32,000 nucleotides of DNA. Origin: Nitrososphaerota archaeon (GTDB lineage Archaea; Thermoproteota; Nitrososphaeria; Conexivisphaerales; Conexivisphaeraceae). The position numbers and the translations under genes are program-made. Location of the stretch: the NCBI GenBank assembly GCA_015522695.1, contig WALT01000022.1, positions 17,503 to 49,502 of the forward strand, written 5' to 3'. Under the pieces are notes generated by a model that did not search any database, was not told where the DNA came from, and saw only the letters and a list, made by a program, of their open reading frames with translations. This document shows, piece after piece, positions 8,174 through 17,034 of the stretch; position 1 is the stretch's first letter, and the number at the start of each line of letters is the position of its first letter.

Positions 8174-10078
8174 ATGAGGGCCCTCGTATGGCACGCCGAT
8201 CTCTTCGAGTACAAGCTCATCGAGAAGGAATCCCGCGTGGCCGAAAGGGGCGAGCCTGGAGATGGGCGGAGCTTGACGGATCTCATAGTCTCACTGACCA
8301 CCATCGAGGAAGGTGATGGAGGGCGCGAGGTAGATGAGATGGCGGGCGAGTTGATGAAGATCGCCCGCGAAGTTGGATCAAACGAGGTGCTCATCTATCC
8401 ATATGCACATCTCAGCAACAGGCTAGCTACACCCGATGAAGCACTTAGAGCGCTGGAGCTCCTGACCGAGCGCCTCATCGGTTCAGGGTTCGAGGCGTTT
8501 CGAGCGCCCTTCGGATGGACGAAGAGCTTCAAGGTCCAGGTGAAGGGACATGCACTTGCGGAACAACTCAGAGTTGTGGAGCCCAAGGCTGAAGGAGAAA
8601 GGGAGGAACGGGCACCGAAGGAGAAGTTCCATAGATTTATCATGATCGATGAGGATGGCAGTGAATATGAGGTCACGAAGGAGGACTGGCGTCGATCACC
8701 GATCTTCGGGAGGGATGACCTCAGACATAGGATGTTGTGGACCTTCGTCAGAAACGAATTGGAGGGGAAGCCCTCGGGCGGCGGACCTCCACGACACATA
8801 CATCACATGAGGAAGCTAGAGTTGGTCGACTACTGTCCGGAGAGCGATATCGGGCATATGAAATGGTATCCAGATGGGGTCTTGATAAGGGATCTGATCC
8901 TGGACTATGCGTTCTTCCACATAGCCAAGAGGTGGGGCGCCATGAAGATGCAGAATCCATTCCTCTACAGGATGGACGTCGAATCGATCAGGATGTTGCA
9001 GGGCGAGTTTCACGAACGCGACTATATGATGGAGGGGGACGATCGAAAGCTCGTCTTAAGGTTTGCAAGCGACCCGGGAGCCTTTCCCTTCGTGCAAAAG
9101 CTCGTTTTCACATATAAACAGATGCCGTTGAAGATCTATGAGGAAGCACAATGCTTCAGAAAGGAGCAAAGGGGCGAGCTTACTGGCCTCATGAGGGTGA
9201 GGAACTTCCTCATGACGGATCATCACGCATTCTGTTCCAGCGAGGAGCAAGCCATGAACGAGTACAGGACGTTGAGCCTGCTCTTCAAGCGGTTGATGGA
9301 TGATGTGATCTCGGGCGATTACTGGATTTTAGGGTTCGAGTTCGTCGAGAGCTACTATGATAGGCTTAGAGGTTACATAAAATCCTTAATCAAGGAGCTC
9401 GGCGTTCCGGCTTTCATCAAGTTGATGGGAAAGATGAGCCATTATTATGCATTCAAGAGCGAGTATCAGGCCGTGTTCCCCGATGGAAGCAACCTCCAGA
9501 TCTCGACGGTGCAATGGGACGTCAAGAACGGGAAGAGGTTCAACATACACTACGTCGACGAGGATGGCGGGGAGAGATCGGTCCCGATAATACTGCATGC
9601 GTCGAGCTTCGGTAGTATAGAACGGGCACTGGCTTCGATATTGGAGAAGGCCGCATGGGATGAGAGGAATGGCCTCAATCCAGTACTACCATTTTGGTTG
9701 GCCCCAGAACAGATAAGGATAATACCGGTCAGGATTAAGGATCATCTAGATATCGCCATGAAGCTCGCCGATGCCATCGAGGCCAGAGGGTTTAGGGTGG
9801 GCCTAGATGATAGGGATCTAACCCTGGCCAGAAGGGTCCATGACGCGAAAATCAGATGGATACCATATATTGTGATCGTGGGCGACAAAGAGATGGAGAG
9901 CGGCATCTATTCCGTAACCCCGAGGGAGGGATATGCCATAGGTAAGGAGCCGCAGTTGAAGATGACGCTCGAGGAGATGCTGGACCGCTTGGAATCGAGG
10001 CAGGGCGGCATGCCGAGGAGGCCCCTTTATGTGCCGAGGGAGCTTTCCAGAAGGCCGGTGTTCACGGGTGTGAAATAG
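8174..10078 (+). CDS. thrS: threonyl-tRNA synthetase with archaeal-type N-terminal editing domain
   Basis: The ORF opens at GTG 8144. ATG 8174 gives MRALVWHADLFEYKLIEKE, the typical start of the archaeal ThrRS editing domain. A class II catalytic core and anticodon-binding domain follow (FRKEQRGEL, LMRVRNF, IILHASSFGSIER). Confidence 0.95.
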   Translation: MRALVWHADLFEYKLIEKESRVAERGEPGDGRSLTDLIVSLTTIEEGDGGREVDEMAGELMKIAREVGSNEVLIYPYAHLSNRLATPDEALRALELLTERLIGSGFEAFRAPFGWTKSFKVQVKGHALAEQLRVVEPKAEGEREERAPKEKFHRFIMIDEDGSEYEVTKEDWRRSPIFGRDDLRHRMLWTFVRNELEGKPSGGGPPRHIHHMRKLELVDYCPESDIGHMKWYPDGVLIRDLILDYAFFHIAKRWGAMKMQNPFLYRMDVESIRMLQGEFHERDYMMEGDDRKLVLRFASDPGAFPFVQKLVFTYKQMPLKIYEEAQCFRKEQRGELTGLMRVRNFLMTDHHAFCSSEEQAMNEYRTLSLLFKRLMDDVISGDYWILGFEFVESYYDRLRGYIKSLIKELGVPAFIKLMGKMSHYYAFKSEYQAVFPDGSNLQISTVQWDVKNGKRFNIHYVDEDGGERSVPIILHASSFGSIERALASILEKAAWDERNGLNPVLPFWLAPEQIRIIPVRIKDHLDIAMKLADAIEARGFRVGLDDRDLTLARRVHDAKIRWIPYIVIVGDKEMESGIYSVTPREGYAIGKEPQLKMTLEEMLDRLESRQGGMPRRPLYVPRELSRRPVFTGVK

Positions 10079-10977
10079 TGCAGAGTCCAGCATCCAAGTT
10101 GATGGCCGACGTCGAGGATATCGATTTAGATGGGGCCATCGACGTCCTCAGTTCGGCGGTCGAGCTCTTGGGGTCCGAGAGAAGGGGGAAGATTACCGGA
10201 GCGCTGAACAGGGCCAGCGGTTATGTGAGGATAACACGCCCTGATACGATCATGCTCATAGTGGGAGATCTGCACGGTGACCTCGAAACGCTGGGCAAGA
10301 TATTGAGAAAGGCCGGCGATCGGGTCCTCGGCCAGGATGGACTGATAGTCTTCTTGGGGGACTATGTAGATAGAGGGCCAAAGCAGCTCGAGACCCTATT
10401 GTTGGTGCTCAAATTGAAGCTCGAGTATCCAGGTAACATCGTGACATTACGTGGGAATCACGAACCGCCGCCGAGGTTGCTACCATATCCTCATGATTAT
10501 CCCCTCGTCCTAAGGGGGATGTTCGGCGCTTCCAGCGATGAGATCTATGAGCTGTCGACGCACGTCTTCCAGTTGCTCCCACACATAGCGTCAACCCCTA
10601 ACGGCATCGTGCTGGTCCACGGCGGGATAACCTCTAAACCGTATGAACTCGAAGAACTCGCTAATCCATCCCCAAGGGTACTCGAGGAGCTCCTCTGGAA
10701 TGATCCATCGCCGATAGATGGCGTGGCGCCATCCCCAAGGGGAGCTGGGATATTGTTCGGCCCGGATGTGACGGAGAGGTTCCTCTCAGTTAATAAGGCG
10801 AGCTTAGTGGTGCGCTCGCACGAGCCGTGCAACGGCTACAGGATCGACCATGGAGGGAATGTCGTGACGATATTCAGTAGATTAGGCCCACCATACTACA
10901 ACAAGAAGGCGGGTTACATGTTGATTACGCTGAACGCCCCTCCCAGACCATTGGAGAATTTTTTGCACATGGTATAG
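10078..10977 (+). CDS. PPP-family serine/threonine protein phosphatase (metallophosphoesterase)
   Basis: GDLHGD, GDYVDRG, RGNHE and VHGG motifs. GTG start overlaps the thrS stop; an alternative ATG is at 10102. Confidence 0.85.
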   Translation: MQSPASKLMADVEDIDLDGAIDVLSSAVELLGSERRGKITGALNRASGYVRITRPDTIMLIVGDLHGDLETLGKILRKAGDRVLGQDGLIVFLGDYVDRGPKQLETLLLVLKLKLEYPGNIVTLRGNHEPPPRLLPYPHDYPLVLRGMFGASSDEIYELSTHVFQLLPHIASTPNGIVLVHGGITSKPYELEELANPSPRVLEELLWNDPSPIDGVAPSPRGAGILFGPDVTERFLSVNKASLVVRSHEPCNGYRIDHGGNVVTIFSRLGPPYYNKKAGYMLITLNAPPRPLENFLHMV

Positions 10978-10995
10978 GCCGTCTCTTAACAGTTG

Positions 10996-11031
10996 TCTAC
11001 TCATTTAGAGTAGATTGTTTCTGTGTTTCTC
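10996..11031 (+). terminator. perfect 7-bp hairpin (TCTACTC-ATTTA-GAGTAGA) followed by a T-rich tract
   Basis: Read directly from the sequence, about 20 nt after the phosphatase stop and about 60 nt before the resolvase-like ATG. It could be a terminator or an operator. Confidence 0.45.
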
Positions 11032-11075
11032 TAAACTCCGCTAAACAACGATCCAGCCTATACGGTAATAGAGGG

Positions 11076-11678
11076 ATGCTGCCGAAATCTACGCTAGCAG
11101 TAGGATATGCTAGGGCTGGCAGGCTAGACGAGAACCTCGAAATCCAGGAGGCTGCGATGCGCGAATGGGCGAAGAAATATGGCTATACGTTACTCGGGGT
11201 GTTCAAGGATGATTCCCCGGATATCAGAAGCCCGCTCAGCAGCGGCGTCTTCCAGGCATTGCTCAAGTTCTGTCGCGATAACGGCGTAAGGGTTCTGCTG
11301 ACCCAGGACTTATCGAATTTGGGGAGGAGCTTAGTCGAAGCCCTGAGCGTTGTAAGACAGCTATACGATGAGGGCTTCACGGTCGTCTTCACGAAGTACG
11401 GACTGCGTATAGATCCATTGACGATCGCTGGTAGGACGGTCCTGCACTCGCTACTGATGGCCGCAGAGCTGGAAAGGGAGTACCTCGGCTCCAAGTATGG
11501 CGGTGGAGATAACGGCGTCAAGAGGATAGGTAGGCCGCCTAAGATGGTGAACGAAAAGGAATTGCTCATGTTACGGAGGAAGGGGCTAAGCGTGAGGGCG
11601 ATAGCGAAGATAATGGACGTCAGCAAGTCCACAGTATGGAGGAAGCTCAAGGAGTTGGAGCAGCTGGCACAGCCATAG
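11076..11678 (+). CDS. serine-recombinase (resolvase/invertase) homologue with substituted catalytic residues and a C-terminal HTH
   Basis: N-terminal GYARAGRLDENLEIQ aligns in register with the canonical YxRVSTxxQxxxxQ. LSNLGR aligns with LDRLGR. C-terminal HTH is GLSVRAIAKIMDVSKSTVWRKL. Confidence 0.8.
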   Translation: MLPKSTLAVGYARAGRLDENLEIQEAAMREWAKKYGYTLLGVFKDDSPDIRSPLSSGVFQALLKFCRDNGVRVLLTQDLSNLGRSLVEALSVVRQLYDEGFTVVFTKYGLRIDPLTIAGRTVLHSLLMAAELEREYLGSKYGGGDNGVKRIGRPPKMVNEKELLMLRRKGLSVRAIAKIMDVSKSTVWRKLKELEQLAQP

Positions 11679-11723
11679 AAGGTAAAACTATTATACACCG
11701 AGCGTTATCGTGCCCGCTGCAAC

Positions 11724-12689
11724 GTGACCATAATAATCTCACACACCAAGGATCTGGACGGACTAGCGGCAGCTGCCATCATGATCAGGGAGAATCCGGG
11801 CTCCCCCATCTACTTGGTCGACTATGCAGAGGAGTACGTTAAGGACCTGGAGAAGAAGCTCTCGAGGATCACGAATGAGACCGTAATGATAGTGGATATC
11901 GGCTGTAACAAGAAGACGATAGACATGTGGGCATCCCTACTCATGACGTTGAAGGAGAGAGGATCGAGGATCTACTGGTTTGACCACCATGAGTGGGATG
12001 AGGAGTGCATCGACGAGATCGACGACGTCGTGGAGCAGATCGTACATGGCGTAAAGGATCGATGTGCGACCGAGATAGTGTGGGAGAAGCTGGGGAGACA
12101 CGGTGATCCGATAGAACGTCGGCTTGCCGCCTTAGCGCACGATTCCGACTTCAACATGTGGAGGGAGCCACTATCCCATCCCCTCTCGAAGCTGATCTCC
12201 TACTATCATCACATAGGCGGCGATAGAGGTGATGAACTCAAGCGGATGCTCGTCACGTCGTTGTCGGCCGGCATCTTCTGGACGTTCGCCATGGATCAAC
12301 AACTGGCAGAATATGAAGGTATATTACAACGGGATCATGATATGCTCGTGAAGAATGCTAGGATCGTTGACGTTAAAAACCACAAGATAGTGATATCGAT
12401 GAGGGGCGCCTATAGCGGTACAGATGCAGCAAACATATTGTTCGAAAAATTGGGAGGGGATATAGCTGTGCTCGTATCCAGTAGGGGTAGCATCAGCGTG
12501 AGGAGCAGGAGGGATGACGTCAACACGAAGATGATCGGTGAAGCCTTTGGCGGTGGGGGACACCTGAGATATGCAGCTGGAGGCAGCATAGAGGATAGAT
12601 TTCCAAACCCGGACTGGAGCCAGATAGATGAGATAGCCATGTTCATAGCGGATGAGCTGTCCCAGGTGGATTTCATATTGAAAGAGTAG
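11724..12689 (+). CDS. DHH/DHHA1-family phosphoesterase (NrnA-like size)
   Basis: 321 aa with DHH motifs HTKDLDG, VDIG, FDHH, HDSDF and DHHA1 GGGGH..AAGG. GTG start. Confidence 0.85.
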   Translation: MTIIISHTKDLDGLAAAAIMIRENPGSPIYLVDYAEEYVKDLEKKLSRITNETVMIVDIGCNKKTIDMWASLLMTLKERGSRIYWFDHHEWDEECIDEIDDVVEQIVHGVKDRCATEIVWEKLGRHGDPIERRLAALAHDSDFNMWREPLSHPLSKLISYYHHIGGDRGDELKRMLVTSLSAGIFWTFAMDQQLAEYEGILQRDHDMLVKNARIVDVKNHKIVISMRGAYSGTDAANILFEKLGGDIAVLVSSRGSISVRSRRDDVNTKMIGEAFGGGGHLRYAAGGSIEDRFPNPDWSQIDEIAMFIADELSQVDFILKE

Positions 12690-12732
12690 CTTTTTAACTC
12701 GTTCTGAGCAACTAATCGCGCGTGTCGAAGTC

Positions 12733-13083
12733 ATGGTGCTGGTGAGCGTTTACAGGGTATCAAGTTACACGGACCCGGAGACGGGTGCGACGGGTAAGCA
12801 GGTGGAGCTCGTCGAGGTTAGACGTAGGACGACCAGAACGGGCTTCGGTCTTCCCAGGGAGGACTCAGCGTTATTGATGGGGATCTTCGGACAACTTCAG
12901 AACCTCGGCATATTACCGCCGTTCAGGGAACTCGCGATACCCAAGATCGTGTTGTACCTCTCGGAGGATGAATATGATATGCTGGGGTTAAGGTTCGAGG
13001 TCAACGATGTCTATGAGCTTGAGTTTAAAAACGGTAAGATAACGCTCATGAAGGCAACGGAATCCAGCGGCCATACCATGTGA
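12733..13083 (+). CDS. hypothetical protein (116 aa, no recognisable motif)
   Basis: Clean ORF with host-like codon usage, co-directional with the DHH gene after a 43-bp spacer. Confidence 0.6.
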   Translation: MVLVSVYRVSSYTDPETGATGKQVELVEVRRRTTRTGFGLPREDSALLMGIFGQLQNLGILPPFRELAIPKIVLYLSEDEYDMLGLRFEVNDVYELEFKNGKITLMKATESSGHTM

Positions 13084-13146
13084 CAGCTAACGCCATCATC
13101 ATGGAGATCCTGGAGGCAACCGTCGTAGGCCTATTCGGTCAACGAA

Positions 13147-13169
13147 GGGTCTCGTCGCTGGCGAGACCC
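13147..13169. promoter_or_regulatory. perfect 8-bp inverted repeat GGGTCTCG-n7-CGAGACCC abutting a TATA box
   Basis: Read directly from the sequence. It ends 5 nt before the TATA element at 13175. Confidence 0.4.
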
Positions 13170-13174
13170 TCGAG

Positions 13175-13185
13175 TATTTAAATAA
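13175..13185 (+). promoter_or_regulatory. TATA box (tatttaaataa) for a leaderless transcript starting near ATG 13205
   Basis: AT-rich TATA-like element centred about 25 nt upstream of ATG 13205. Confidence 0.55.
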
Positions 13186-13204
13186 GCAGGAGAAGATCGT
13201 ATAC

Positions 13205-13411
13205 ATGTTCACGGCTTCCTCACCTGTGGTCCAGACATCCGATCTCATTAGGGGAATCGTGGATATGTTCTCTGGGCTCAAGTCCAAGATCTCCATCCCG
13301 AGCCTCTCGGTGGGGCCAGGGGTGGAGGTGAGCCTCGCCGTCCTGATGGCCTATATCGGTCCCATGCCCGCGGCGATAGCGGTTTTCAATAGAAGGGAGG
13401 AGAACAGATGA
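13205..13411 (+). CDS. small hypothetical protein (68 aa)
   Basis: The ATG sits about 25 nt downstream of a strong TATA element, and the stop overlaps the cupin start (ATGA). No motif recognised. Confidence 0.45.
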   Translation: MFTASSPVVQTSDLIRGIVDMFSGLKSKISIPSLSVGPGVEVSLAVLMAYIGPMPAAIAVFNRREENR

Positions 13412-13809
13412 AACACCCATGTGGCAAGCTGGTGAGACCAGACGATTTCCCTTGCGCATATCTCCCCAACGGGGTCAAGGCTTGTGCAATCATATCGGAG
13501 AGGGATGGAGCTCCAAGATATTCCATGAGGTTGTTCGAGGTGCCGCGTGGTGGCGTTATCGAGGAACACAGCCACGAATGGGAGCATGAGATATTCGTCC
13601 TCGAGGGCAGCGGCCTGGTTAAGGTGGGCGATTGTGTCCATGAGGTCTCGCCAGGTTCTGCGCTCTTCATACCCGGTGAGGTCCCTCATTCATATATGAA
13701 CGGGGACGAGATTCCATTAAGGTTCATCTGCATCGTCCCGAACGAGGGCAATGTGGAGTTGTTGCGGAGTATAGACGATCAGATCAAAGGTGGGGAACAA
13801 CCACTTTAA
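13408..13809 (+). CDS. cupin-domain protein
   Basis: Cupin motif 1 GGVIEEHSHEWEHEIFVLEGSG, and motif 2 region GSALFIPGEVPHSY. Confidence 0.85.
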   Translation: MKHPCGKLVRPDDFPCAYLPNGVKACAIISERDGAPRYSMRLFEVPRGGVIEEHSHEWEHEIFVLEGSGLVKVGDCVHEVSPGSALFIPGEVPHSYMNGDEIPLRFICIVPNEGNVELLRSIDDQIKGGEQPL

Positions 13810-13882
13810 ACATCCGACGGACGATCGGTCGCATATGAACGGATGCAACTTGGAATGCACGCTCAGGGATGGAGGCTATTCC

Positions 13883-14827
13883 ATGTTTGCAAGTTGGGCT
13901 GGCTTGGCCGCGTACAAGCCAGATGTACTCGGGCTTCTTAGGAACTCACGGATCTTGGTATTCGACTTGGATGGGACTATACTGGACGTCAGGGGCAGTT
14001 ACACAGAGGCCACGTTATCTACCGCCAGATATCTTTCAGCCAAGATTGTGGGATATTCCAATATCCCGACGCGGGATGCCATGCTCGACGCCATCCTCAC
14101 GTTGAAGGAGACCGGGAACTATAACAACGATTGGGATACCACCTATGCCCTTACACTGGCTTCCGTCATCTCCACGGATGAGGATATATCCTTCGATGAA
14201 TCGATAACCCAACTTGCCTCGCTAGGGCTTGAGGACGTCTATTCCATGCGTCATAACTTCACATCCTTAGATGAGATCGTGAGGTATCCGGGCTCTCCTC
14301 CTTCCAGCATGCTCCAATCGATTTTCGACTCCATATACTATGGCGACGACCTATACAGGTCCATATACTCGGTTGAGCCGCCCCTGAGGTTCCATCCCGG
14401 CCTGATATATGAGGAGGAGATAGCCGTCAGCGAACAGACGCTCAAATTCCTCGGTAGTCTGATGGACCATCTCGGGGTGATCAGCGGACGTCCGGAGAGG
14501 GCGCTGATCGGCCCATCGAGGCGTCTATTGGAGGGTGGGTTCAAGAGGGAGTTCGTCTTCATGGGCTCTACTAAGAGACCGTGGAAGATGGGATCGAAGT
14601 TATTGCTTACCATTTCCGAGAGGACGGAAGCCGATCGCATAGTTTACATCGGAGACTCGGCTGAGGACCTGATGCTGTCGAGGGCCGCCGAAGACGGCGT
14701 CGACATCGTGTTCATCGGTATCTACGGCTTGTCGTTACGGCCGTTGAGGACGGCGTGCTGGTTGGCGAGCGAAAACGCTGACGTGATTTTGCCAAGTGCC
14801 GATCTATTACCGTTGATCCTCAGTTAA
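13883..14827 (+). CDS. HAD-superfamily hydrolase
   Basis: Motif I VFDLDGTILD and motif IV GDSAEDL. The ORF opens at GTG 13790, but ATG 13883 has GGAGG about 8 nt upstream and places motif I nearer the N-terminus. Confidence 0.75.
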   Translation: MFASWAGLAAYKPDVLGLLRNSRILVFDLDGTILDVRGSYTEATLSTARYLSAKIVGYSNIPTRDAMLDAILTLKETGNYNNDWDTTYALTLASVISTDEDISFDESITQLASLGLEDVYSMRHNFTSLDEIVRYPGSPPSSMLQSIFDSIYYGDDLYRSIYSVEPPLRFHPGLIYEEEIAVSEQTLKFLGSLMDHLGVISGRPERALIGPSRRLLEGGFKREFVFMGSTKRPWKMGSKLLLTISERTEADRIVYIGDSAEDLMLSRAAEDGVDIVFIGIYGLSLRPLRTACWLASENADVILPSADLLPLILS

Positions 14828-15631
14828 CCGCATCCAGAGCCCCTTTGCTGCCTTCATGCTATCCTTGAACATCGCCTGGATGAACCCCGGGTCGACCGTT
14901 GGATAGAGATCTCTCACATATGCTAATGCGACGTTTTCCTTCACCCGGGACGAGAGTTCATACATCAATAACATGCTGGCATCTACACCTCTTCCGACAG
15001 AGCTCAACCTCCTGACCTTCTCCCCGACTAGATAGCCCTCCACGTCCATCCCGGATTCCTTCAGCATTCCATCCAAAACTCCAGCTCTCTTGGACAATAT
15101 CCTCCTGCCGATATCGGCAGGAGGTAACGGTATGGAGATATGTAGCCTCCTGAGCTGTGATGTGATGTGGGAGGGCCTGATAGGCTCTCCTTTCGCATAT
15201 ACAGCACCGGAGGCGAGGAACGATAGCGATCTACACATATAGTAATACGCCGCATATGGATCTTCCATCATCTCCATACCTTTCATGGCGCTGTCGATGG
15301 AGGTCGCGAGAAATCTCTTCGCCCTTCGCCGCATATATCTCTTCATCTTTTTCCCTCTCCAAGAAGACTTGTAGGCCGCTATCATCATCTGTGGGTCTGA
15401 AATTGGTATCATCCAAGCCGACTCCTCGGGTGGAGGCCTCTCCACCTCCAGCACCCTCACCATGATCCCCCGTCTATGGACCATCATCTGCCTGATCCTG
15501 ATCGACGGGAAGACGATGAAATCCGGCATGCAGATCCCTTGATAAGCGTCACCGGATGCTAGACAACCGATCAGTGCTATCGAGTAGCCCTCGTAGTCTT
15601 CCACCACGCGCTGGGCTATCGTGTCAAACAT
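14807..15631 (-). CDS. hypothetical protein; N-terminus weakly resembles a degenerate minimal nucleotidyltransferase fold
   Basis: The ORF opens at TTG 15643; ATG 15631 (MFDTIAQ) is more likely. IALIGCLASGD...MPDFIVF resembles the G[SC]-x(9-13)-D-x-D pattern, but only one acidic residue is retained. The C-terminal half is helical. Confidence 0.55.
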   Translation of the reverse strand: MFDTIAQRVVEDYEGYSIALIGCLASGDAYQGICMPDFIVFPSIRIRQMMVHRRGIMVRVLEVERPPPEESAWMIPISDPQMMIAAYKSSWRGKKMKRYMRRRAKRFLATSIDSAMKGMEMMEDPYAAYYYMCRSLSFLASGAVYAKGEPIRPSHITSQLRRLHISIPLPPADIGRRILSKRAGVLDGMLKESGMDVEGYLVGEKVRRLSSVGRGVDASMLLMYELSSRVKENVALAYVRDLYPTVDPGFIQAMFKDSMKAAKGLWMRLTEDQR

Positions 15632-15703
15632 AGTTAGTAGCAAAGCTTAAATAACCCATATATATGTAGTTAGGTTGGTTTAAAACAATTAGAGGTGTAG
15701 AAG

Positions 15704-16675
15704 TTGTCCTATAAGCCAACCCCAGTAGAGTACAAGTCTGGATCTAAATGTCCTAGATGTGGCAAGGGCACGTTAGTGTTAGATCCACATACCGGGGAGC
15801 TCACATGCTCCAATTGTGGTTATGTGATTAAGGAGAGGATCGAGGATCCAGGTCAGGAATGGAGGGCCTTCAGCAAGGAGGAGAAGGAGGATAGGAGCAG
15901 GGCCGGTGTGCCACTTTCGCTTGCGATGCACGATATGGGTCTGGCGACGGTGATAGGTCCGCAGAACAAGGATGCAAGCGGCAAGCCGCTCGAGGCTCCG
16001 GTAAGGAGCATGATGCAGAGGCTGAGGACATGGGACAGCAGGAGCCAAGTCCACGAACCGATAGATAGGAACTTGAGGCAGGCGTTCAACGAGCTCGATA
16101 CGCTCGCCGATAAGCTGAGCGTGTCCCAGGCTGTCGTGGAGCGTGCAGCCTACATATATAGGAAGGCCCTCGAGAGAGGGTTAGTTAGAGGCAGGAGCAT
16201 AAGCGCACTCATAGCTGCCAGTTTATATGCTTCATGCAGAGCTCTTGAGACCCCGCGTACCCTGAAGGATACAGCGGAGGCCAGCGGGCTTAAGAAGAAG
16301 GATATAGCCAGGTGTTACCGTTTACTCGTCAGAGAACTGGACCTCAAGATGCCGATCGCCGATCCTATAAAATCAGTCAGTAGGATAGCGAGCAAGGCTG
16401 GGCTGAGCGAAAAGGTCCAAAGGCGTGCCATCGACATTTTGAGGAAGGCGACTGATCTCAGGATATCAGCTGGAAAGGATCCCATGGGTTTAGCGGCCGC
16501 AGCCCTCTATATAGCATGTGTGGTTGAGGTCGAGAATAAGACCCAGAAGGATATAGCGGAGGCAGCTGGTGTAACGGAGGTCACGATAAGGAACAGGTAC
16601 AAGGGTCTTAAAGCTGCACTCGGTCTTGAAGAACCCCTGACGAGCCCTGAGAGAAGGGAAGTGGTTATCAGCTAA
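15704..16675 (+). CDS. tfb: transcription initiation factor B (TFB/TFIIB)
   Basis: N-terminal zinc ribbon CPRCG...CSNCG followed by two cyclin-fold repeats. TTG start is preceded by GAGGTG and by tttaaaa about 22 nt upstream. Confidence 0.95.
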   Translation: MSYKPTPVEYKSGSKCPRCGKGTLVLDPHTGELTCSNCGYVIKERIEDPGQEWRAFSKEEKEDRSRAGVPLSLAMHDMGLATVIGPQNKDASGKPLEAPVRSMMQRLRTWDSRSQVHEPIDRNLRQAFNELDTLADKLSVSQAVVERAAYIYRKALERGLVRGRSISALIAASLYASCRALETPRTLKDTAEASGLKKKDIARCYRLLVRELDLKMPIADPIKSVSRIASKAGLSEKVQRRAIDILRKATDLRISAGKDPMGLAAAALYIACVVEVENKTQKDIAEAAGVTEVTIRNRYKGLKAALGLEEPLTSPERREVVIS

Positions 16676-17031
16676 CCCGTAATCCCGCCTATTTCATCCA
16701 TTATTTGTTCGATGTCCGATGGTTCAGCCCGTTCCCTCAATAGCTCGGTCACCTCCTCCAGGAGAACTGTCATCCTTTCGTAGACGTCCACGCTCTCGAA
16801 CCTCCTACTGGAGGACAGTTTCTCATAGACTTCTATGAGCTGTAGTCTAATCCCATCATAGCTTCCCCCCGTTTTGAGGTCATCGCTCGAGATTATGCCG
16901 ACCAGCAATCTCATGACCCTTCTGCGGGAGAGCTTGGCAGCTTCCTTTATCGTCCCTTTATTCCTTCCTTTAAGCGCTTCCTCCCTTATATACTTCCTCT
17001 CTACACCAGAGGGCCTCTTGAGCCTAACCAT
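16672..17031 (-). CDS. hypothetical protein (119 aa, basic N-terminus, acidic helical C-terminus)
   Basis: Its start is 3 nt after the stop of the dCTP-deaminase-like gene (TGAAATATG). Its stop overlaps the tfb stop (CTAA). Confidence 0.55.
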   Translation of the reverse strand: MVRLKRPSGVERKYIREEALKGRNKGTIKEAAKLSRRRVMRLLVGIISSDDLKTGGSYDGIRLQLIEVYEKLSSSRRFESVDVYERMTVLLEEVTELLRERAEPSDIEQIMDEIGGITG

Positions 17032-17034
17032 ATT

